Below are positions 9,367-16,042 of a stretch of 22,475 nt of DNA, one piece after another. The stretch covers positions 1 to 22,475 of the forward strand of contig JBHLMQ010000031.1 in the NCBI GenBank assembly GCA_048938005.1. The letters run 5' to 3'. Source of the stretch: Promethearchaeota archaeon. GTDB lineage: Archaea > Asgardarchaeota > Lokiarchaeia > Sigyniarchaeales > SOKP01. Under the pieces are notes generated by a model. That model saw only the letters and a program-made list of their open reading frames with translations, ran no database searches and was not told the DNA's origin. Position 1 is the first letter of the stretch; every line of letters starts with the position of its first letter. Both the position numbers and the translations under genes were made by a program.

Positions 9367-10413
9367 CTATTTTTGACATAATATTAGTATCCTAATTCCC
9401 TCACCGCGACGCATAACGTCAAAAGCTTCATTAATTTCTGAAAGTGGAAATTTGTGGGTAATTAATGGTTTGACTTGAAGTGATCCATTCTTAACTAAGT
9501 TAATAATATGGGGATAATCGACAGGACGACAACCAAGACTCCCCATTATTTCCATTTCTCGAAACATTACACGACCAATATCAAATCCATCCCAACGCTT
9601 GGGTGAATATCCCACAGCAACTAAACGGCCTCCAGTTCGTAAACTATTAAATGCTTGTTTCATAGTTGCGGGATGCCCTATAGCTTCAAAGGCTATGTCT
9701 GCACCTCCTCCTGTTATCTTTCTAATTGCACCAACAATTTCCCGCTCATCCCTATCTTTTGCTAAAATAGTTTCTACAGCACCAATTTGCTTAGCAACTT
9801 CTAATTTTTTTGGAAGAATATCAACAGCTATAGGTAAACCTCCAGCTGCTTTTATATTTTGAACAACATTTAAACCAATTCCCCCACAACCTATAACCAC
9901 CGCCCAATCACCAGGTCTTACTTGACCTCGATTTTTAACAGCATGGTAAGGTGTCGAAATAGCGTCCGAAATTATACAACTTTCTTCTAAGGACATTTCG
10001 GTCGGCAGGTGAACTACATCTTTTATAGGAACCTTAATTTGCTGAGCAAATCCTCCATCAATATGATTCCCTAGCATTATCTGATTAAGGCAAATATTTT
10101 CTCTACCTGTTCTACAATTAACACAATAACCACAGGAGAGCACAGCGGGAATAATGACGTGATCTCCAACTTTGAAATTTTTAACATCTTCATTAACCTC
10201 TTTAATGCGTCCTGATATCTCATGACCTAATATAAGAGGTGGCTGTTTAACTGTAGGTACACCATGTTCCAAATAACCAAAATCAGTATGACAAACTCCA
10301 CATGCTTCTATCTCTATTATGGCATGGCCCATTTCTCCGGAAATACTTGGGTCAGGATAATTACCATCTAATTTTAAAGGTTCCTTAACCTTTTCAAAAA
10401 CGGCTGCTTTCAT
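9367..10413 (-). CDS. had: 6-hydroxycyclohex-1-ene-1-carbonyl-CoA dehydrogenase (Zn-dependent MDR; Had/BzdX)
   Basis: CGVCHTDFGY, LGHEISG, VIIPAVLSCGYCVNC...C, GNHIDGGFA, DAISTPYHAV, GCGGIG; position between dch and bzdN. Confidence 0.85.
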   Translation of the reverse strand: MKAAVFEKVKEPLKLDGNYPDPSISGEMGHAIIEIEACGVCHTDFGYLEHGVPTVKQPPLILGHEISGRIKEVNEDVKNFKVGDHVIIPAVLSCGYCVNCRTGRENICLNQIMLGNHIDGGFAQQIKVPIKDVVHLPTEMSLEESCIISDAISTPYHAVKNRGQVRPGDWAVVIGCGGIGLNVVQNIKAAGGLPIAVDILPKKLEVAKQIGAVETILAKDRDEREIVGAIRKITGGGADIAFEAIGHPATMKQAFNSLRTGGRLVAVGYSPKRWDGFDIGRVMFREMEIMGSLGCRPVDYPHIINLVKNGSLQVKPLITHKFPLSEINEAFDVMRRGEGIRILILCQK

Positions 10414-10481
10414 CTCAATTTCCTACAATTTGTTTTATTATTATTTTAATTTAAACCTAATTCTTATTAAATTTAAGAAAA

Positions 10482-11264
10482 TTAACGATTCTGCCAATTG
10501 GGTGATCGCTTCTCTAAGAATGCTTTTAAACCTTCATTCGCATCATGAGTAGACATTAATTCCTTAAGATAAAACTCTTCGATTTCATCCAATTTTGTTT
10601 CAAAATCGAATCCTAAAGCTTTATTAAATGCCTTTTTTGTGTATTGCATAATAATTGTGCTTAAATCGTTAAAAGCTTCAATAAATTTAGTAAACTCTTG
10701 CTCATATGATTCTGTCGGGAAAACATAATTGGAAATTCCGAGCCTATGAGCTTCTTTAGCATCAATTATTTCACCTAACATGATAAGCTCAAATGCCTTT
10801 TTATTTCCTATAATTTGTGGAAAAGCTAAAACTGCAATTGGTGGCAATACTCCTACTTTTATTTCCGGTTGCCCAAATTTTGCTATATCTGATGTAAGAA
10901 CAATATCACAAAATATAGCGATTTCACAGCCTCCACCAAGAGCTGCCCCTTTAATGCTCGCTATTGTTGGACAATTTAACTTATTAAGCTTCCTGAAAAT
11001 GTCATGAAATTCTTTAATCATTTTAGGAGCTCTATCACCCATATGATCACCAATATCAACTCCAGCCGAAAAAGCTTTTCCATTATGATCAAAAATAACA
11101 GCTTTTAATGATTCATCTTCAATAAAACCTTCAAGAGCTTCATTAATTTGTTCCATCATCTCGATTGTTAAGATATTTAATGCTCCATTGTTGAATATTA
11201 TTTTCCCTATATTGTTTGCTTTTTCAACTATAATTAAATCATTTGACAAATACTTTTCACTCAA
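10482..11264 (-). CDS. dch: Cyclohexa-1,5-diene-1-carbonyl-CoA hydratase (crotonase family; Dch/BzdW)
   Basis: Crotonase motifs AFSAGVDIGDH, ALGGGCE, FGQPEIKVGVLPP (both catalytic Glu positions present), EGLKAFLEKR. The specific function is assigned from gene context. Confidence 0.8.
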   Translation of the reverse strand: MSEKYLSNDLIIVEKANNIGKIIFNNGALNILTIEMMEQINEALEGFIEDESLKAVIFDHNGKAFSAGVDIGDHMGDRAPKMIKEFHDIFRKLNKLNCPTIASIKGAALGGGCEIAIFCDIVLTSDIAKFGQPEIKVGVLPPIAVLAFPQIIGNKKAFELIMLGEIIDAKEAHRLGISNYVFPTESYEQEFTKFIEAFNDLSTIIMQYTKKAFNKALGFDFETKLDEIEEFYLKELMSTHDANEGLKAFLEKRSPNWQNR

Positions 11265-11326
11265 TTTGGCTATTTATTTCTTTTAATCTTTTTTATCCTG
11301 ATTTATAATAAAAAAATATTTTATAT

Positions 11327-12295
11327 TTATTTTAGTTTTGCTCCACATTTACCACAAAACTCAAAATCGGAGGGTAAACTTTTTGCTTGACAAGAAGGAC
11401 ACGTAACTGAAGGAGGTCCCCATAAAAATTCAGGATGAGGACTATCTCTTACACCTCTATAATTTGGAGGACGTTTTTCTACAAATGCAGACATTCCTTC
11501 AAGAGGTTCCCATGAAGCATAATGAATCGATAACCAATCTTTTGCATGTCCAATTGTTTGATGCCAAACGAGATCTTTCCAGAAATTAACTTGTTGTTTT
11601 GTATATCTCATACACTCTGGGAATTTGTCAATAAGTTTTTGGCAATATCTATCAACTTCTTCATCTATATCCTTATAAGGTACAACTGAATTTACTAAAC
11701 CCCATTCTAGTGCTTTTTCTGCTGAAATAGGTTCACATAGGAATAAGATTTCTCTGGCTCGGCGATCACCAACAATTATTGGGAGCCATTGAGTTGCTCC
11801 TCCACATGCTACAGACCCTACTCTTGTTCCTACTTGTCGAATAGTTGCATGATCTGCGCATACCGCTAGATCACATGCCATTTGCCATTCATTACCTCCA
11901 CCTGCAACAATACCATTGATTCTTGCTATAGTTGGTTTCCCAATATTGCGAAATACATCATGTGCTTCTTGAAAAATACTCATCCATTTCCAATACTCAG
12001 CAGGTTGGATAGTAAATCTATCTCTATATTCTTTAACGTCTCCCCCGGTACAAAAAGCTTTATTACCCGCTCCTGTTAATATGATGACTGCTACTTTATT
12101 ATCCCAGGCGGCATCATGAAAAGCTTCTATCATTTCCATTAAAGTAAGGGTTGAATAAGCGTTATAAACCTCTGGGCGATTAATTGTAACTTTCGCTTTC
12201 CAATCTTTTTTTTCATAAATTATTTCTTTAAAATCAAATTCTTTTGGATCTTTTGGTGTAAAGTTGGGTTCTTTTGTATAAGTCATTATACTCAC
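11327..12295 (-). CDS. oah: Ring-opening hydrolase, probable divergent 6-oxocyclohex-1-ene-1-carbonyl-CoA hydrolase (Oah/BzdY) with C-terminal zinc ribbon
   Basis: Crotonase fold: YNAY, AFCTGGDVKEY, GGGNEWQMACD, GSVACGGATQWLP, LCEPISA, KFPEC; C-terminal CPSC...CGKC; first gene of the cluster. The start may be ATG at 12286. Confidence 0.72.
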   Translation of the reverse strand: MSIMTYTKEPNFTPKDPKEFDFKEIIYEKKDWKAKVTINRPEVYNAYSTLTLMEMIEAFHDAAWDNKVAVIILTGAGNKAFCTGGDVKEYRDRFTIQPAEYWKWMSIFQEAHDVFRNIGKPTIARINGIVAGGGNEWQMACDLAVCADHATIRQVGTRVGSVACGGATQWLPIIVGDRRAREILFLCEPISAEKALEWGLVNSVVPYKDIDEEVDRYCQKLIDKFPECMRYTKQQVNFWKDLVWHQTIGHAKDWLSIHYASWEPLEGMSAFVEKRPPNYRGVRDSPHPEFLWGPPSVTCPSCQAKSLPSDFEFCGKCGAKLK

Positions 12296-12387
12296 ATCAA
12301 TACATACTTTCTTTGATTTCTTTTATTTTTATTATTATTCTTAGATAATTTTACAAATTAATTTAAAATTTGTTAATAGAAAACGTC

Positions 12388-12409
12388 TAGTGGGAATAAA
12401 ATTCCACTA
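12388..12409. promoter_or_regulatory. Inverted repeat TAGTGG-N10-CCACTA, candidate transcription factor site in the divergent promoter region
   Basis: TAGTGGGAATAAAATTCCACTA: perfect 6-bp arms (9 bp with one bulge), a GC-richer island in an AT-rich intergenic region between oah and the 93-aa ORF. Confidence 0.45.
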
Positions 12410-12517
12410 AAAACACAATTCAGATGTAATATAAAAAAGAGTAATATTTAAACTGAACATTATAATTATATCAAATGTAGATTTGAAAAAGAAAATAGTG
12501 AATGGTAGAGAATAACT

Positions 12518-12799
12518 TTGGTATCAGATAAAGAAAAAAATAAAGATGAAAAAAATCTAGATAATCCACTCAGAGGGAAGGACTGGGAAAAAGGATTTAC
12601 AGTTGAACAAGATAGGGTAAATGAATATGTAGAATTGTATCAATCAATTGGATATGAAGTACGTGTTGAACCTGCTACTCCTGATGAACAAGAGGAATGT
12701 CAAACATGTTTTAAAGCTGAATTTGATAATTTACGAACAATTTATATCAAGAGAACAAAAAATAAAGATAATGAAATTGATCTAGAAGAATTAGTCTAA
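12518..12799 (+). CDS. Small acidic hypothetical protein with CxxC motif
   Basis: 93-aa ORF filling the gap, TTG start, protein-like composition (WEKGF, EYVELYQSIGYEVRVEP, ECQTC, TIYIKR); divergent from the bzd cluster. Confidence 0.8.
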   Translation: MVSDKEKNKDEKNLDNPLRGKDWEKGFTVEQDRVNEYVELYQSIGYEVRVEPATPDEQEECQTCFKAEFDNLRTIYIKRTKNKDNEIDLEELV

Positions 12800-12810
12800 T
12801 TTAAATCAAA

Positions 12811-14073
12811 TTATACCTCAAAAGCCCATTCTCCCTTTCGCATAATTGCTTCAGCTGTTCCATCTTCTGTAATTCCATCAATATCCATTTCTCCCGAACC
12901 AATCATAAAGTCAATATGAATCAAACTGATATTTCCTCCAGCATTCTTAAATTCCTCATCTGACATTTTTTCACCATCTTTGAAACAATTTCTATAAGCA
13001 TTTCCAAGTGCTAAATGACAAGCAGCATTTTCATCAATTAAACTATTATAGAAGAGCAAACCAGACTGTGAAATGGGTGAATTGTGTGGAACTAGTGCTA
13101 CTTCACCCAATCGCCTTGCTCCCTCATCAATTTTTATAATATTATCTAAGAATTCCTTACCTTTACCTCCAATTACTTCTACAACCTCCCCTTTTGAAAA
13201 TTTTAATTTAAAGTCTTCAATTAGAGTTCCACTAATATAAAGAGGTTTAGTTACGGATACAATTCCTTCTGTTTTATCCCTATGGGGTGTCGTCGCAATT
13301 TCTTCTGTAGGCAGATTCAGAGTAAAATCAATCCCATTTTGACTTTTCACACGCCCACTAATCCAATTATGTTCCTCAGGCAAACCAATTTTTAATTCTG
13401 TTCGTGTAGCTTTTAATTTTAAAGTTGCATATTGTTTTTTATTTAAATAGTTGATCCTCCTATTTAGTTGCTTGATATGATCATTCCAAGATGAAACGGG
13501 ATCATCCTGGTTCACGCGGCAGATATCAAAAATTGTATCCCAAAATTTGGTTTTTCCTTTATCAGGTGGTAAATTAGGGAAAACTTTTTCAGTCCAACCA
13601 TCAACGGGAGCGGAAATACCTGACCAATTTGTTGCCATTTTAATTATTAATTCACTTACTTTTTTATAGTACTTTACAAGAGTACTTTGTACAACTGCCA
13701 AAAGTTCTGGATCTTGTTCTATAAATAAATCTGGATTAATAGCATAAATTCCTAGAATTGCATCACCTTTTTTTAAAAACTCAAGAGTTGCATCACGCCC
13801 CCATGTTGAGATTTCATCAAAAGAATCTCTAGGGGCATATTTGAATCTAATTAAATGTATCTGAGGATCATCCCACATTACCTCGACAAATCTAGCACCC
13901 ATTATATATGCTTTCCTTACAATCTTTTCGACAAAAGGTGCTAATTCAAGAGGAAGTGAACCAAATCCAACTGCTGGTGCAATTAATAAACGCTGTCCTT
14001 TTTGTAGATTTACACCTACTTTTAATATTACGTCTACATACTTTTCTAAATTTTGCTCAAATTCTGATGACAT
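12811..14073 (-). CDS. Aminopeptidase, peptidase family M29 (AmpT/AmpS/PepS-like)
   Basis: GVNLQKGQ, NLPTEEIATTP, LGEVALVP, LIDENAACHLALGNAY, NISLIHIDFMIG; 420 aa. Confidence 0.95.
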   Translation of the reverse strand: MSSEFEQNLEKYVDVILKVGVNLQKGQRLLIAPAVGFGSLPLELAPFVEKIVRKAYIMGARFVEVMWDDPQIHLIRFKYAPRDSFDEISTWGRDATLEFLKKGDAILGIYAINPDLFIEQDPELLAVVQSTLVKYYKKVSELIIKMATNWSGISAPVDGWTEKVFPNLPPDKGKTKFWDTIFDICRVNQDDPVSSWNDHIKQLNRRINYLNKKQYATLKLKATRTELKIGLPEEHNWISGRVKSQNGIDFTLNLPTEEIATTPHRDKTEGIVSVTKPLYISGTLIEDFKLKFSKGEVVEVIGGKGKEFLDNIIKIDEGARRLGEVALVPHNSPISQSGLLFYNSLIDENAACHLALGNAYRNCFKDGEKMSDEEFKNAGGNISLIHIDFMIGSGEMDIDGITEDGTAEAIMRKGEWAFEV

Positions 14074-14176
14074 TGGATTTTCACTAAAATAATTTGATTT
14101 AGCTAATATTATTAGATTATACTGGTTATATTAAGGTTTTATTTTTTTGAATTCACTGAATTCTGTTTTATAGTTG

Positions 14177-14225
14177 GTATTTTTAGTTAATATTTTTATC
14201 TATCTTTTCATTAACTTAATTTATG
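14177..14225 (+). repeat. Duplicated upstream/promoter block, copy 1 (TATA-like TTTTTATC about 23-30 nt before the ATG)
   Basis: Ungapped 45/49 match to 14732-14780, counted by hand, ending at the ATG of each maoC paralog. Confidence 0.85.
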
Positions 14226-14663
14226 TCAAAATTAGAAACCGTTAAATTTGAAGATTATAAAGTAGGAGATTCTGCTTCACATTCAAAAACCATAACTGAG
14301 GAAGATATCCAGTTATTTGCTAAAGTATCGGGAGATTATAATCCCATACATATGGATGAGGAATTTGCTAAAACTCAAATGTATGGTAAAAGAATCGTTC
14401 ATGGAGCTTTCAGTTCAGCATTAATTTCAGCAGTGCTAGGGGTAAAGTTATTTGGTCCAGGAGCAATTTATGCGTCTCAAGAAGTCAGGTTTAAAGGACC
14501 TGCGTTTATTGGTGACACACTAACTGCAGTAGCTACGGTAAAAAACAAGTATACCAAACTAGGAAAAAAAGGAGTATTAAAATTTCTTGATGTAGAAACT
14601 AGGGTCTATAATCAAAATAATGAATTGCTTACTGATGGTATGGCAAAAGTATTAATAATGTAA
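14223..14663 (+). CDS. MaoC/PhaJ-like (R)-specific enoyl-CoA hydratase, paralog 1
   Basis: Hydratase-2 motif FAKVSGDYNPIHMD...HGAF, plus GPGAIY and FKGPAFIGDTL. Confidence 0.93.
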   Translation: MSKLETVKFEDYKVGDSASHSKTITEEDIQLFAKVSGDYNPIHMDEEFAKTQMYGKRIVHGAFSSALISAVLGVKLFGPGAIYASQEVRFKGPAFIGDTLTAVATVKNKYTKLGKKGVLKFLDVETRVYNQNNELLTDGMAKVLIM

Positions 14664-14731
14664 AATTTAATTCATTCTGGGACCAAATTCTAAAAATATA
14701 TATTGTTTATCTCTTTAGAACAATCTAAAAA

Positions 14732-14780
14732 GTATTTTTAGATAATATTTTTATCTATTTTTTCATTAATTTATTTTATG
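14732..14780 (+). repeat. Duplicated upstream/promoter block, copy 2
   Basis: GTATTTTTAGATAATATTTTTATCTATTTTTTCATTAATTTATTTTATG, 4 mismatches versus copy 1. Confidence 0.85.
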
Positions 14781-15215
14781 TCAGAATTAGAACCTGTCAA
14801 ATGGGAAGATTACGAAATTGGACAGTCTGCATCATTTACTAAGACGATAACAGAAGAAGATGTGATGAAATTTGCTGAAGTGACCGGAGATTACAACCCA
14901 ATCCATGTGAATGCCGAATATGCAGCAACTCAAATGTTTGGGAAACAAGTAGCACATGGAGCTTTGAGTTCTGGTTTAATATCGGCAGTATTAGGCACAA
15001 AATTATTTGGACCAGGTATTTTATATGGGGCTCAGACTGTTAGGTTTGAAAAACCTGTGTTTTTTGGTGATAAATTGACTGCCATCGCTACTGTAAAAGA
15101 AAAATATACCAAAAAAGAAGGTAAATTAAAATTCATTAAATGCGATACTATTGTAAAAAACCAAAACAACGAAGTGGTCACTTCTGGTGAAGGTACTATA
15201 CTAGTTTTAAAATAA
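14778..15215 (+). CDS. MaoC/PhaJ-like (R)-specific enoyl-CoA hydratase, paralog 2
   Basis: FAEVTGDYNPIHVN...HGAL; 65 of the first 100 residues identical to paralog 1 by manual alignment. Confidence 0.93.
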   Translation: MSELEPVKWEDYEIGQSASFTKTITEEDVMKFAEVTGDYNPIHVNAEYAATQMFGKQVAHGALSSGLISAVLGTKLFGPGILYGAQTVRFEKPVFFGDKLTAIATVKEKYTKKEGKLKFIKCDTIVKNQNNEVVTSGEGTILVLK

Positions 15216-15240
15216 CTTTTTTCTTCTTTTTTATTTCTTC
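15216..15240 (+). terminator. Pyrimidine/oligo-T tract, possible archaeal-type intrinsic terminator
   Basis: CTTTTTTCTTCTTTTTTATTTCTTC immediately after the maoC-2 stop codon, facing a convergent gene; no hairpin. Confidence 0.45.
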
Positions 15241-15339
15241 TAATTTCTGAGAAAGATAATTAGTTTGTTGTTAAAGTAGATTATTAGGGCGCAAAATAAT
15301 AATTTATTAAAAAAATTTGCTTAATTTATAAGATTTTTC

Positions 15340-15999
15340 TTATTTTTTAACCGAAACAAACAATTCTTTTCGGAAACTATCGAATATCAGCAGCGTGCCT
15401 ATTATTAATTTTAGTGGTGCTATAATATTCATCAGATTTACCAGAAAGATTTCTGGTTGAAATATAATTCCCATTCCAACAAATGTGATACCTAAGATTA
15501 TTTCTAAAGATTTACTTTTTGGCATTCCTGTATTTCTTAAAAGTATAAGAAATAACACATAAGGAATAAAGGAACTGCTGAAGAAAATATATAATAGTAG
15601 TAGATTGGGTAAACCAGATATGCTTAGAATAATTACTATAATAAATGGAATTAATCCTGCTAGATAATGTTTCTCATATGTTATTTTATCCATTACTTTC
15701 TCTAAATGAATAATTTTATTCCAAAAAGGAAAAAATAATATTGATATCCTGATTCTAAGTAAAATATCGTTAGATATAATATTTAGTGGTAAAAAAACAG
15801 AGATAATTTTTAAAAGATTTTCAGCTGTCATAAAAAAAAAGAATATTTCCCAAGAAAATAAGTCATTATAGAAGTGAAAGTCTTTTTCTTTAGAAAATTT
15901 CTTAGAAATATAGAGCTTTTCAATTATAGTTATTGCTAAAATTAGTGATAAAAATGTATTAACAAAATATATTACTGCACCTATCACTCTAAGATCCAA
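15340..15999 (-). CDS. Hypothetical multi-pass membrane protein (about 6-7 hydrophobic segments)
   Basis: 219 aa, very I/L/F-rich; TTG start with GGAGG upstream (16007-16011 on minus strand); 43 nt downstream of the 429-aa gene. Confidence 0.8.
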   Translation of the reverse strand: MDLRVIGAVIYFVNTFLSLILAITIIEKLYISKKFSKEKDFHFYNDLFSWEIFFFFMTAENLLKIISVFLPLNIISNDILLRIRISILFFPFWNKIIHLEKVMDKITYEKHYLAGLIPFIIVIILSISGLPNLLLLYIFFSSSFIPYVLFLILLRNTGMPKSKSLEIILGITFVGMGIIFQPEIFLVNLMNIIAPLKLIIGTLLIFDSFRKELFVSVKK

Positions 16000-16042
16000 A
16001 CTAATTCCTCCGGCAAATAGATATTAAGTATAAAATAAAAGG

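Noticed and set aside
191-12079. Short ORFs at 191-415, 1427-1690, 2685-3137, 4619-4801, 5178-5375, 6416-6721, 9599-9862, 10780-11007 and 11882-12079
   Set aside because: Antisense shadows of well-supported genes; Ser/Ile/Pro-rich composition and no recognisable motifs.
12811-14073. M29 aminopeptidase as a member of the aromatic pathway
   Set aside because: An ordinary peptidase with intact motifs and its own orientation; nothing beyond proximity links it to the pathway.
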